Shown: positions 32,876 through 43,803 of the stretch, in pieces
Layout of the letters: each line of letters starts with the position of its first letter
Numbering within the stretch: position 1 is the stretch's first letter
Position numbers and translations under genes: made by a program
Notes under the pieces: generated by a model
What the model saw: the letters and a program-made list of their open reading frames with translations, nothing else
Databases searched by the model: none
Told to the model about the DNA's origin: nothing
Origin: an uncultured Gemmatimonadaceae bacterium
Lineage (GTDB): Bacteria; Gemmatimonadota; Gemmatimonadetes; Gemmatimonadales; Gemmatimonadaceae
Length of the DNA stretch: 64,000 bases
Direction of reading: 5' to 3'
Assembly (NCBI GenBank): GCA_963829055.1
Contig: CAWHHI010000004.1
Coordinates: 672,001 to 736,000, forward strand

Positions 32876-32960
32876 GCTGGGTGCTGGGTGGTCTTGCCGG
32901 TGCTGGGTGGTCGTGCTGGTGGCTGGGTGTGGCTACGTGCGAGCGTGCTGCGTGCTGACA
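32876..32960. repeat. Degenerate GCTGGGT heptamer repeats (intergenic)
   Basis: GCTGGGTGCTGGGT...GCTGGGT...GCTGGTGGCTGGGT...GCTGCGTGCTG. Confidence 0.5.
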
Positions 32961-32963
32961 GGC

Positions 32964-34242
32964 TTATGCCTGGTTGACCAACGCGGCGACCGCACTCAGG
33001 CGCGGCGCGATCACCGGAGCGGGTGGAAGTGCATCGGCTACCGCGTCGAGTGTCTTCAGGCCGTTTCCCGTTATGCAGAGCACGACCTCGTCATCAGGAC
33101 GCAGGCGCCCAACGCTCGCGAGCTGCTTCGCGGCGGCGACGGTGACACCACCCGCGGTTTCGGCGAAGATGCCCGTGGTCTCGGCGAGCAAGCGTATTCC
33201 GGCGACGAGCTCCGCATCGGAAACCGCGGCCGCCCAGCCATTCGTCTCCGCGATACCGCGGGCCGCGGTGAGGCCGTCCGCAGGGTTGCCGATCGCGAGC
33301 GAACGCGCGATGGTCGAAGGGATCTCCGGCTCGATGCGCCCACTGCCTCGCTCCACGAGCCTAACGATCGGTGCACAGCCGGTTGCCTGAGCGCCGTGCA
33401 GCCGCGGCAGCGGGCCAGTGAAGAGCCCTGCCTCGGAGAATTCCCGAAAGCCACGATGGAGCTTGGTGACCAACGCACCACCGGCCATCGGGGCAACTAC
33501 GGCCGTCGGCGCGCGCCACCCAAGCTGCTCGATGATCTCGAATGCCATCGTCTTCGAGCCTTCGCCGTAGTACGCGCGAAGATTCACGTTGACGAGCCCC
33601 CAGCCGAAGCTGTCGGCTACCTGTGCGCACAGTCTGTTCACGTCGTCGTAGGTGCCGCGAACGCGCACGAGCTTCGGTGCGAACACGCTCGTGCCGAAGA
33701 CCTTTGCAGGCTCGAGATCGTGCGGAATGAAGATCCACGCCTCGAGTCCAGCGCGCGCCGCGTGTGCGGCGACGGCATTGGCGAGGTTCCCGGTAGACGC
33801 ACAGCCGATGACACCGAGCCCGAACGCGTGGGCCGCGTTGATCGCGGTCGATACGACACGGTCCTTGAACGACAACGTCGGGATGTGAGACGGCGTCGTT
33901 CTTCACCCACACGCGTGCGACACCGAGCCTTCGCGCGAGCTCGGGCGCTTCCACCAGCGGCGTGAACCCGGAGTCCAGCGACAGCGATGGCGTCCCGGTG
34001 AACGGGAGCCACTCGCGGTATCGCCAGAGCGATGGCGCGCGGCGCGCGATCTCCTCCCGGCCCGGAAGTGTTCTCGTCGCATCATATTCGGGTACGAGTG
34101 GCCCAAGACACTGCAGGCAGATCGCGCTCGGCTCCGCGTCGAAACGGCTTTCGCAATTGGAGCAGACGAGTGGAAGGGCAGTGCATGCAGACTGAGGACG
34201 GCGCGTGGACGACTCGACGCCATCGAGAACGGTGGCAGACAT
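32964..34242 (-). CDS. thrC: Threonine-synthase-like PLP enzyme; frameshift near 33880
   Basis: N-terminal CxxC...CxxC, SLWRYREWLP, GFTPLV, SFKDR, CASTGNLA, EGSKT and ITGNGLKT. Confidence 0.85.
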
Positions 34243-35237
34243 CAGGCGACTCCTGCGTAGGCTGTGGTTAACGCGCGCGTCGAGTACACACGTGCGGCGG
34301 CGATCGTATCAGCGAGAAGAGCGGACGCGGTCGAGCGCCCGCCTGCGCCCGCGCCGTGCCATGTGAGAGTGCCCGCGAGTGCCGCTCGCACCTCGACGAC
34401 GTTGTGCACGCCGGTGCCCGTCGCGAGCGCGTCGCCAGCGTCGAGCACTGTGGGTTCGACCGATGCGTGTATCTGCCCGTTGCGTTCGGCCGTTGCGACC
34501 AGTCGGACGCGCCCGCCTCGACACCGGGCGGCGTCGACGGTCTCGGCGAGTGATGCGTCGATCCCACGCACCCTAACGCGGTCGAGCGTCACCGGTTCCT
34601 TCCAGGCAATCGAGCAGAGGATCGCGAGCTTCGCGGCGGCGTCTGCGCCACTGAGATCGTCGGTTGGATCGCGTTCGGCGAATCCTGCTCGCTGTGCGTC
34701 GCTCACCGCCTCGGCGAACTGACGGCGCTGCTCCAGCTGCCCAATGACGAACGTGGTGGTGCCGTTCAACACCCCGCGCAGGCCGTGAATCTCCTCGCCG
34801 GCGAGTGATTCACGGAGCGCGCGGACGATCGGCACGGCTGCAGCAACGGCACCCTCGCAGTGCAGGCGAGAGCCGGGGTCAGCGAGCGTCGCGAGCAGAT
34901 ACGGATCGCGCGCGAGCGCCTGCTTGTTCGCGGTGACCACCGCGGCGCCTCGGTCCAGGGCGGTGCGGATCCAGTGCGCGGCGTTAGGTGCACCGCTGGC
35001 CTCGATGACGATGTCGATCGACGGATCGGCGGCGATCGCGGCGGCGTCGTCGGTGAGCGCACCCAGTGCCTGCCGAGGATGACGCAAGTGGGGCCTGAGC
35101 ACGGCGATACGCGCGAGCCGCAATCGCGAACTCGTCAGGCGCTCCAGGGATGTGCGTCGTTCGGCGAACGACGAAGCGAACGCGGTGCCAACGGTGCCGC
35201 AGCCGATGAGACCGAGGCGCAACTCGACGGGTGACAC
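34242..35237 (-). CDS. hom: Homoserine dehydrogenase (no ACT domain)
   Basis: LIGCGTVG, VVTANK, EGAVAAAVP, GVLNGTT, DAAAKL and GAGAGG.STA; RBS GGAAGGAG before GTG 35237. Confidence 0.9.
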   Translation of the reverse strand: MSPVELRLGLIGCGTVGTAFASSFAERRTSLERLTSSRLRLARIAVLRPHLRHPRQALGALTDDAAAIAADPSIDIVIEASGAPNAAHWIRTALDRGAAVVTANKQALARDPYLLATLADPGSRLHCEGAVAAAVPIVRALRESLAGEEIHGLRGVLNGTTTFVIGQLEQRRQFAEAVSDAQRAGFAERDPTDDLSGADAAAKLAILCSIAWKEPVTLDRVRVRGIDASLAETVDAARCRGGRVRLVATAERNGQIHASVEPTVLDAGDALATGTGVHNVVEVRAALAGTLTWHGAGAGGRSTASALLADTIAAARVYSTRALTTAYAGVA

Positions 35238-35283
35238 AGTGGTTCTTCTCCTTCCACCCGTCTCCACCGCGTCGCCCGGAGAC

Positions 35284-35390
35284 AAAAAATCCCCGAGGCG
35301 AGAAAAGCCGCGGGGACGCGTGGCCTTTTAGCTGTTTGTTTAACGTGGCCGCAATACGCCGTAAATCACCACGAGTGAACTTCGATTGTG
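35284..35390 (-). promoter_or_regulatory. Putative transcription attenuator (terminator plus possible leader peptide) upstream of hom
   Basis: Minus-strand hairpin TCCCCGCGGC/GCCTCGGGGA followed by TTTTTT about 50 nt before the start codon. Short frame ..SSLVVIYGVLRPR* ends at 35340. Confidence 0.55.
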
Positions 35391-35440
35391 CTCGAATTAC
35401 TAAATGGGGCCGTGCGCAATTGCAAGGGCCAGCAAGAACA

Positions 35441-35560
35441 ACTGGTAGCTGGTCGCTCGTGCTGGTCGCTGGTCGGAAGCGGACTGGGATGCCTGTTCGT
35501 GGCGTCACTCGGGGTCTTGCTCTCGACCAGCAACCAGCACGCAGCACCCAGCGACCAGCT
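35441..35560. repeat. Inverted heptamer-repeat element (GCTGGTC/GACCAGC arms)
   Basis: CTGGTAGCTGGTCGCTCGTGCTGGTCGCTGGTCG ... CGACCAGCAACCAGCACGCAGCACCCAGCGACCAGC. Confidence 0.65.
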
Positions 35561-35569
35561 CCTGCCGTT

Positions 35570-36850
35570 CTAACTGACGGTTTTGGTTTTTCTCCGCAGG
35601 AAATCCATCAGGATGAACTGGCCTAACGTCATCGTATTCGTGAAGTACGCCTTGCCCTTGCTGATCTCGGAGACACGCTTCACGAACTCCACCAGGGCGC
35701 GATCGCGGGCGAGCATGAACGTATTGATCATGATGCCCGACCGACGGCAGTTCGCGACTTCCTTGAGCGTCTCGGCGATGACCGTCGCATCGAGGCCCAT
35801 CGAGTTCTTGTAGATCTGCCCATTCGGCATCGTGAGCGCGCTCGGCTTCCCGTCCGTGATCATGACGATCTGCCGCATGTCCTTCTTCTGCGCGAGCAGA
35901 ATGCGGCGCGCCAGCTTCAGGCCTTCGGCCGTGTTCGTGTGATACGGGCCCACTTGCGCGTGCGCGAGCGTCGGCAGCGGAATCTCTTCGGCCGAGTCGT
36001 GAAAGAGCACGACGCGAATCGTGTCACCGGGAAACTGCGTGCGAATGAGGTGCGTGAGCGCGAGCGCGACTTTTTTGGCCGGTGTGAACCGGTCTTCTCC
36101 GTATAGGATCATGGAGTGCGATGTGTCGAGCATGAGCACCGTCGCGCATGACGACCGATACTCCGCCTGACGCACCATCAAGTCCGAATACTCGAGGTCT
36201 ATTGGAACGCCGATTGTCCCCGTTCGGGCGAGCGAATTCTTGAGCGTTTCGTTCACGTCCAGATTCAGGACGTCGCCGAACTCGTACACCTTGCTCCAGC
36301 CGTCGGACTCGATGCCGGTGGCGAGGTACGGCGTGTCGTGCGCACCAATGCTCGACTTGCCGAGTGACCCGAGGAGGTTGCGTAAGGTTCGGTATCCGAG
36401 GAAGTCGATGCCCTTGTCAGTAAGATTGAACTGCACGTCACGCGACGCCGCGTGCGCCAGGCTTCCACGGCCTTCCAGGGGTTGATGTGTATCCGGAACC
36501 TGGGGCGGTGCGTCGATGTTCAGATAGCCCTCAGCGGTGAGGCGCTGCACGAGTTCGTCGAGGAGCTTGGCAAGTTTCGCCTGCGCCTCCTCGTCGCCAT
36601 CGCCGCGGAGCGCTTGCAGCATCTCGGGGGTGAACTGGCCACTCTCGATCAGCGCGTTGAGGATTGCCTCCTTGAGCGCATCGAGTGATCGGTCCGCTTC
36701 GCCTCCGAAGTCGCCCCAGTACGGGTGCGACATGCGTCCGCCGGCGAAACCAGACTGTAACAGGAAATCGGCCAGCTTTTCGAGGAGGGACTGCAGATCG
36801 ACCGCGTCCGCCAACTCGGGGCTGAACTTGGAGTAGGTGTGGAAGCGCAT
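35570..36850 (-). CDS. VWA domain protein (partner of MoxR/Mg-chelatase-like ATPase)
   Basis: MIDAS motif [16 protein letters not shown] and MITDGKPS. Confidence 0.88.
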   Translation of the reverse strand: MRFHTYSKFSPELADAVDLQSLLEKLADFLLQSGFAGGRMSHPYWGDFGGEADRSLDALKEAILNALIESGQFTPEMLQALRGDGDEEAQAKLAKLLDELVQRLTAEGYLNIDAPPQVPDTHQPLEGRGSLAHAASRDVQFNLTDKGIDFLGYRTLRNLLGSLGKSSIGAHDTPYLATGIESDGWSKVYEFGDVLNLDVNETLKNSLARTGTIGVPIDLEYSDLMVRQAEYRSSCATVLMLDTSHSMILYGEDRFTPAKKVALALTHLIRTQFPGDTIRVVLFHDSAEEIPLPTLAHAQVGPYHTNTAEGLKLARRILLAQKKDMRQIVMITDGKPSALTMPNGQIYKNSMGLDATVIAETLKEVANCRRSGIMINTFMLARDRALVEFVKRVSEISKGKAYFTNTMTLGQFILMDFLRRKTKTVS

Positions 36851-37004
36851 AGCAGCAGAGACGGGGGACTGGGGACGAGAGACGAGCTGGCACCGACTCG
36901 AGCACGAGCGGGCGAGCGCCGGTGGACTCGTCTCGATTCGCTGGTCGCCGTGTACCGAAACGTACTGCCGGGTCTCGGGACGCGCACGACCTATACTGCG
37001 CCGG

Positions 37005-38263
37005 ATGGCCACTCGAGTCCGACGACGCACGCGCCATCCTCCAAGTCGATCAACCCGTTTCGTGTGCTGCTCACGCACCGAAACTTCCGGCTGTTCTGGA
37101 TCGGACAGACGCTGTCGCTCATCGGCACGTGGATGCAGACGATGGCGCAGGGGTGGCTCGCGCTCGAGCTGACGAACAACGCGTTTCTGGTCGGGCTCGT
37201 CGCGTCGATCGGGTCACTCCCGATTCTCGTGCTCTCGCTACCGGCCGGCGTGCTGGCGGATCGCGAACACAAGCTCCGCCTGGTGACGATAGCGCAGTCG
37301 CTGCTATTGATCGAAGCAATCGTGCTCTGGTGGCTGACGTTCACGGGGCATGTCACGATCGGCTGGCTGCTCGCGCTCTCGGCGGCGAATGGGGCCATCA
37401 GCGCCATCGAGATTCCGGCGCGCCAGGCGATGATGATCGACCTGGTAGGTCGCGAGGACCTCCGAGACGCGATCGCGTTGAACTCCAGCGGGTTCAATCT
37501 CGCACGGATCTTCGGCCCCGCCGTAGCGGCGGTCGTGATCGCGAAGGCGGGGATCTCATGGTGCTTCGGCCTGAACGCGCTGAGCTATTTCACCGTGTTG
37601 CTCGGGCTTTCGCGCATCCGGCTGCCGGCGTGGCATCCGCCGCTCACGACCGGGTCGCCGTTACACGGTATGCTCGAAGGGCTGCGCTACGTTCGCGCGA
37701 CGAAGAAGGTCTCGACGCTCATCAAGTTCATCGCCGTGTTCTCGGTGCTCGGCGTGCCGTACATCACGCTCATGCCCGTTGTCGCACGCGATCTGCTCGG
37801 CCTCGATGCCAGCGGGTACGGGCTCCTGCTCTCGTCGCTTGGCCTCGGTGGGCTGAGCGGGGCCCTTGCTCTCGCGGCGGTCGGTGGGCGCATGCCGCGC
37901 GGCAAGCTGCTCGTGGCGTCGTCGTATACGTACGCCTTCCTGCTGATCATGTTCTCGCTCGTGCGCGTCTCGTGGATCGCCTACCCGATTCTGTTCGTCA
38001 CAGGGTTCAGCATGATCCTCACGAACGCGCTCGCGAACAGCATGTTGCAGTCGTTCGTCATCGATCGTTTCCGCGGACGACTGATGTCGGTCTACTCGCT
38101 CATCTCGGTAGGACTCTCGCAGGTCCTCGGCGCCTTCGCGGCGGGTGCGGTCGCGAGCGCGGTCGGTGTCGACTGGGCTATTGGCGGTGGGGCAGCCATC
38201 ATGCTCGCGTTCGCGATGTACGCCTTCCGTCGCGAGAGCAGCTGGATCGTGACGGAGCACTAG
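37005..38263 (+). CDS. MFS transporter (MFS_3/DUF894-like); start uncertain, possible frameshift near the 5' end
   Basis: HRNFRLFWIGQTLSLIGTWMQ, PARQA and AIALNSSGFNLARIFGP; about 12 TMs. Confidence 0.88.
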
Positions 38264-38278
38264 CCCGCGACGCGGGCG

Positions 38279-38902
38279 TTAGGCGAGGAGCGCCCGCGCC
38301 GCCTGGGCAATCAGGTCGGCGGCACCTTCGACGCCGAGTCGCTCCGTGTTCACGCACAGATGGTAGTTCTCCGGCGCGTGCCATGAGCGCTGCCAATGGC
38401 GGCGGACGTACTGCTCGCGGCGCTTGTTCATCTCGTCGACGCGACGTGACGCTTCCTCCGCCGTCGTGTTCTCGCGCTGCATCACGCGTGCGACGAGCGC
38501 CGGCTTCGCCGCGTAGCAGAAGACGTGAAGCGCGTCGGTCCGTTGGGCGAGATACGACTGGGCCCCACGACCGACGAGCACAACGGGCCCACGAGCAATC
38601 GCGTCGTCGATCACGTGCTCAGTGACCTCCAGGAGTCGCTCCTCCGTCGGCGGCAGGGGTGCCGACAGGGAAGGGGACACGATCTCGGGCGACCCGAGCG
38701 CGAGCGCATCGGCAAGGCGTTCGGCGAGTGACGGCACGCGCTCCTCGATCGCCTGCACCTCTACCGGCGTGCGTCCAAGGCGCGCGGCTACGCGCTCGAC
38801 GAGCGCGTTGTCCAGGAGAGTCCAGCCGAGCGCGTCGGCGACACGTCCTGCTACTTCCGACCCGCCCGAGCCGAACTGTCGCGAGATCGTGATGACGGGC
38901 AT
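38279..38902 (-). CDS. Cytidylate-kinase-like family protein
   Basis: ITISRQFGSGG, VLVGRGA and YHLCVNT. Confidence 0.88.
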   Translation of the reverse strand: MPVITISRQFGSGGSEVAGRVADALGWTLLDNALVERVAARLGRTPVEVQAIEERVPSLAERLADALALGSPEIVSPSLSAPLPPTEERLLEVTEHVIDDAIARGPVVLVGRGAQSYLAQRTDALHVFCYAAKPALVARVMQRENTTAEEASRRVDEMNKRREQYVRRHWQRSWHAPENYHLCVNTERLGVEGAADLIAQAARALLA

Positions 38903-38911
38903 GGCTCCCGC

Positions 38912-39517
38912 CTAACGTTGTTTCAGCGAGCGAACGCGAAGATGCTCTACGACCTCGAACCCGAGCGCCTCCCAGGCGGCGTTGGCGAGTGGGTTGTCAG
39001 CCGCATTGTGCAGTCGCATCTCCTCGAGTCCACGGTCGCTGCACCACTGCTCCGCTTCCTTCATGAGCGTGTGCAGCACTCCCCGTTCGCGCGCCGACGG
39101 CACGACGTACACGGAAGACACGTACGCGTACTGCGATGGATCGAGCAGTGGCGATCCGGAGGAATGAATGCACCGCAGTACGCCGACCGTTTCTCCCTCC
39201 AACTCGGCCAGAAAGAGCACCTCGTTGGGCGATTGGAGTTGCGCGGCGAACAGCCTGGCCGCGCGGGATTCTGCGTCCGCGCGAAGGCGGCCGTAGATCG
39301 CGTTATGCGCGTGCTCGCGCAGCAATGCCATGCGCAGCGTAAGAATTGCCGGGAGGTCCTTCTGGCTAGCACGACGCACGACAACGCTGGCGGCCGCCTT
39401 CGGCACGTGCGCGGTCTGCCCGTTGCTCGAGAGCGCAGGCGGCCGGGGGCCAACCCGCGATGTCGGTGCTCCGACGTCGCTGTCCCGTCTGCCGGCCCCG
39501 CCACCCTTTCGCGTCAC
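38912..39517 (-). CDS. GNAT family N-acetyltransferase
   Basis: YVSSVYVVPSARERGV motif A and N..ANAAWEALGF. Confidence 0.85.
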   Translation of the reverse strand: MTRKGGGAGRRDSDVGAPTSRVGPRPPALSSNGQTAHVPKAAASVVVRRASQKDLPAILTLRMALLREHAHNAIYGRLRADAESRAARLFAAQLQSPNEVLFLAELEGETVGVLRCIHSSGSPLLDPSQYAYVSSVYVVPSARERGVLHTLMKEAEQWCSDRGLEEMRLHNAADNPLANAAWEALGFEVVEHLRVRSLKQR

Positions 39518-40988
39518 GCGGACATGCCACCACCAAACAGATCCTGATTCGGGCGACGTCGCTGTTCCTGCACCGCACGGCCATAGCGACCGGCATCGGT
39601 GCGAGAAATTTTCTTGCGAGCAACGAGCGCTTCGAGCACGAGCTCGCAGGCGGCCGCCGTGAATGCAGGATCGCTCTTCGGTGCGAGTCCCACATCACTG
39701 CACGATGTCGAGCAACGTCGGCACGTTCGCGAACCCCTTCACGAGCGCCTCGGCGGACGTGTCGTCGGTCACCTCGAGCGCTCCGCCGACGTCGAACCAC
39801 ATGACGATCTCGTCGGCGTTCACGACACCAGCACGCTCACGGAACGTCGCATCGGCCGCGCGCCGGATGAGCTCTCGCGCAATCGTCTGTCCGCCGACGA
39901 GCTCACCCTCGTACTCGAGCTCGATCTTTCCGGTGATCGACGGCATGGCGGCGTAGACATCGGCGATGCGCGGGACCACTTCCGTCTCGCCGGTTCGCAA
40001 CGTGCGCCGCTCGGCGTTCGAGACGATGTTCTCCGTGACCGTGATCGGCATGCGCTGCGACACGCCGGACCGCCGATCGATGCGCTTGTCGGTCCGCGCC
40101 TCGAACGCGACGCGCTCGACGACCTCGCCGATGAAGTCGGGAATGCGTACCGTGCGATCGCCGCGGCCGGTCCATGCTTCCTGGCTCGTGATCGCCATGC
40201 CGATGTCGACCGTCTCTGGATAGTGCGTCTGAATCTCGCTGCCGATGCGGTCCTTGAGCGGCGTGATGATCTTCCCGCGCGCCGTGTAGTCCTCGGGATT
40301 GGCGGTGAAGCACAGCAGCACGTCGAGCGGCAGGCGCACCGGATAGCCTTTGATCTGGACGTCGCCTTCCTGCATGATGTTGAACAGGCCGACCTGCACC
40401 TTGCCCGCGAGATCCGGCAGCTCGTTGAGCGCGAAGATGCCGCGATTCGCACGCGGCAGCATGCCGTAGTGCATCGTCAGCTCGTCGGCCAGGATGTGGC
40501 CACCGCGCGCTGCCTTGATCGGATCGAGGTCGCCAATGAGATCGGCGATGGTGACGTCAGGCGTCGCGAGCTTCTCGACGTATCGACTGTCGCGATCGAG
40601 CCAGGCGATCGGCGTGTCGTCGCCGGCTTCCGCGAGACGCATCCGACCGAACTTGGAGACGGGTCGCGAACGGATTGTCGTTCACTTCGCTGCCCTCGAT
40701 GATCGGAATCGCCTCGTCGAGGAGCGTCGTCAGCGCGCGCAGAATCCGGCTCTTCGCCTGACCACGCAGGCCGAGCAGGATGAAGTTGTGCTTCGAGAGA
40801 ACGGCGTTGACGATCTGCGGCATGACGGTGTCCTCGTAGCCGAGAACACCCTCGAACAGCGGGCCGCCCGCGCAGATGCGGTTCAGAAGATTTTGACGAA
40901 GCTCATCCTTCACGGAACGCCGCTGAAGTTCAGGGGCGCCGAATGGTGAGCGCTTCAACGCGCCGAGGGTCGAGGGATAGGACTGCAA
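39514..40988 (-). CDS. Mg-chelatase-like/MoxR-type AAA+ ATPase; frameshifts near 40660 and 39700
   Basis: GLRGQAKSR Walker A, YVEKLATPD, ALNELPDL and TANPEDYT.RG; corrected end ...DLFGGGMSA* at 39514. Confidence 0.82.
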
Positions 40989-41060
40989 CTGAATACTCCG
41001 TCGCTGGAATGCGTGCGCGAATCGTTCGATTGCGCTTTGATCGCTGTTGCAAGATAGCGC

Positions 41061-43155
41061 TCAGTCAGCGAGCGCCACCTCGACGAGGTTGTCGTAGAAC
41101 ACTGGCCCGTGGCCCAAGTCCGTCTCGCGCTGCGACGTCGTGGCGTTCGCGTTGGTGCCGTCGGGCGAGAGCTTTCCCCACCAGATCGACGGTGCCCACA
41201 CGACGCCTTCACGAATCGCGTCACCGACGCGCGCGACGGCCGTGAATTCACCGCGGTCGTTGAACACGACCACGCGAGCGCCGGCGGAGATGCCGCGCCG
41301 CTCGGCGTCCGCCGAATGGAGGACGCACTCGGGCTCGGCGTTCTTTCTCAGCGACTCGATGTTCACGAACGTCGAGTTCAGGAAGTAGTGGCGCGGTGAC
41401 GAGATCAGGACGAGCGGGAACCGTGCCGCAAGCTCGGGCGCCGTTTCGGGCAACTCGAGCGGTGGTGTGTAGGTGGGAAGGGGATCGATGCCCATTTCGG
41501 CGAGGCGTGCCGAGTAGAACTCGCACTTGCCGCTGGGCGACGGGAAATTTCCTTCTGCATACGGAAGGTAGGGGCGGGGAACACCGAGGCGTACCCACCC
41601 GCGCTCCTTCAACACGTCGAAGGTCACGCCGCGCATGCGCTCGTGCGGCGTGTCGAGTGCCTGTTTGATGAGCGTGATATCGTCATCGGCGAGCGCGGGA
41701 TGCGTCATCCCCATGCGCTTCGCGATGAGACGGAAGATCTCGCTGTTCGGCTTCGCCTCGCCGAGCGGCTCGATCGCCGGCTGGTTGAGCGACGCGTAGA
41801 GATGTCCATACGCGAGATGGATGTCCCAATGCTCCAGCTGCGTCGTCGCGGGAAGGACGATGTCAGCGTAGTCCGCGGTGTCCGTCTGGAAGTGTTCGAG
41901 CACGACGGTGAACAGGTCCTCCCGAGCGAGCCCACGAAGGACGGCGTTGCGGTCCGGGGTGACCGCCGCGGGGTTGCAGTTGTAGACCACGAGCGCACGC
42001 ACCGGCGGCCCACCTAACGCGCCGTCGGGACTACTCAGCGCTTCGCCAAGCCGGATCATGTTGATCGTGCGGACGGGCGGCGACAGGTCCGGTCGCTCGA
42101 TCGCGGCGTTGTTGAAGCGGAACGTGGCGCTCGTGGAGAGCTGCACTCCGCCGCCTGGCCGTCGCCAGTGCCCCGCAACGCCGGCAGGCATGCAATGGTG
42201 CGCACCGCCATTCCGCCGCCGTAGTGACGCTGCAGCCCGTAGTTCACCCGGATGAACGCTGCGCGGGCGCGCCCGAACTCGCGTCCCAACTCGCGAATCC
42301 GCTCGACCGGCAGGCCGGTGATCGCCGCCACTCGCTCCGGCGGGTACTCGCGTACGCGCTCGCGCAGCTGCTCGGCGCCTAACGTGTACCGCTCGAGGTA
42401 GTCGCTGTCCTCGAGGCCCTCGTCGAAGATCACGTGCATCATCGCGAGCGCGAGCGCCCCGTCAGTGCCAGGCCGGATCGGCAGCCACTCGTCGCACTGC
42501 TCCATCGTCCGCGTGCGCACCGGGTCGATGCCGATGATCGCGCGCACCACGCCGCCGCGCTTCCAGCACGAACGGCCAGAGGTGTGGGTTCGACGTGAGC
42601 GTGTTCGTTCCCCAGAGCAGGACCAGATCGCTCTCCGGGATGCCCTCGCCGTCCGCGCCGAGGTTCGCGCCGACGGTCATCCGCATGCCGACCGTGCCGG
42701 CCATCGAGCAGATCGTGCGATCGAGCTTCGACGCGCCAAGCAGATGGAAGAACCGCCGATCCATCGACGATCCCTGCACGAGCCCCATCGTTCCGGCGTA
42801 CGAATACGGCAGAATTGCCTGCGGACCGTCAGCCGACGTGGCGATCGCGTTCAGACGCTCGGCGATCTCCTCAATCGCCTCGTCCCACGAAATCCTAACG
42901 AATGATCCGGAGCCCTTTTTGCCCCGTGCGTCTCAGCGGGTGCAACACGCGATCTCGATGATACGTTCGCTCGAGATAGCGGTTGACCTTGGCGCACAGG
43001 AAGCCGTTGGTGAACGGGTGCTGCGGGTCGCCGGCGATGCGCGTCGCTCGGCCGTTCTCAACGGTCGTGAGTGTCGCGCATGTGTCAGGGCAATCGTGCG
43101 GACAGGCTCCACGCACGACGCGGGTATCGCTCTCAGGGAGAGTCGCTGTGCTCAC
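41061..43155 (-). CDS. Molybdopterin-dependent oxidoreductase; frameshifts near 42925, 42545 and 42180
   Basis: [11 protein letters not shown]...LCAKV Fe-S motif, [26 protein letters not shown] and a C-terminal MGD-binding domain (FLNSTF). Confidence 0.87.
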
Positions 43156-43424
43156 GGACGGGCACGTTCGAGGACAGGATCGGGTCTCTTCGAAAAAGGT
43201 ACGTTGTGGGCACTCGGCGGGCCACGTTGGAATTCCGTCCACCTAATACGTTCGACGGCATTGAGTTACCGCCGGCCCCGAGGTCTGGAACGAGCTCGAC
43301 TGCGCCAAGCGAATGTCGAGTCCCGAGAGTCGGCTGCTCGCGGACATGACGGGACGGAGTTTGCATCAGCGGACTGCATCGGGAAACGCATTGGTGTCCT
43401 TACACTTGGACAACGTGGCTGGCC

Positions 43425-43452
43425 TTGACACAGGGTATCGCCGCCGTAGTTT
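43425..43452 (+). promoter_or_regulatory. Putative sigma-70 promoter for the small lipoprotein
   Basis: TTGACA-N16-TAGTTT, 70 nt upstream of the AGGAG-ATG at 43523. Confidence 0.5.
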
Positions 43453-43522
43453 TCCCCCCGATCCTGGTACCGCGTGCGCGGTCCATGGCAACCGCTGATA
43501 ATCCCGCTCAAGGAGACTCTCA

Positions 43523-43714
43523 ATGAAGCGCCTGGCCCTTGTCGCCGCCGTACTGGCACTCGCAGCCTGCAAGACGAAGGAAGAGACCCCGGCCGTCGAC
43601 ACCACCGCTGCCCCCGCAATGGCTCCCGCTCCCGCGGACAGCGCCATGAAGATGGACAGCGCGATGAAGATGGACACGAGCATGAAGAAGGACACCACCA
43701 CGAAGAAGCCGTAG
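43523..43714 (+). CDS. Small lipoprotein with Met-rich MKMDSA repeats
   Basis: MKRLALVAAVLALAAC lipobox, strong RBS and its own terminator. Confidence 0.85.
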   Translation: MKRLALVAAVLALAACKTKEETPAVDTTAAPAMAPAPADSAMKMDSAMKMDTSMKKDTTTKKP

Positions 43715-43735
43715 GCTGGTTTCCTGATCCACAAT

Positions 43736-43765
43736 GAAGGGCGCGACTTCGGTCGCGCCCTTTTG
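43736..43765. terminator. Rho-independent (bidirectional) terminator
   Basis: AAGGGCGCGAC-TTCG-GTCGCGCCCTTTT. Confidence 0.88.
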
Positions 43766-43803
43766 CGTTTCATGCTGTTGGCGCCAGGCGCGCCAACGCG
43801 ACG

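Noticed and set aside
43275..43300. AGGTCTGGAACGAGC resembling SRP RNA domain IV
   Set aside because: It lacks the CAGG/AGCA internal-loop consensus and correct stem pairing.
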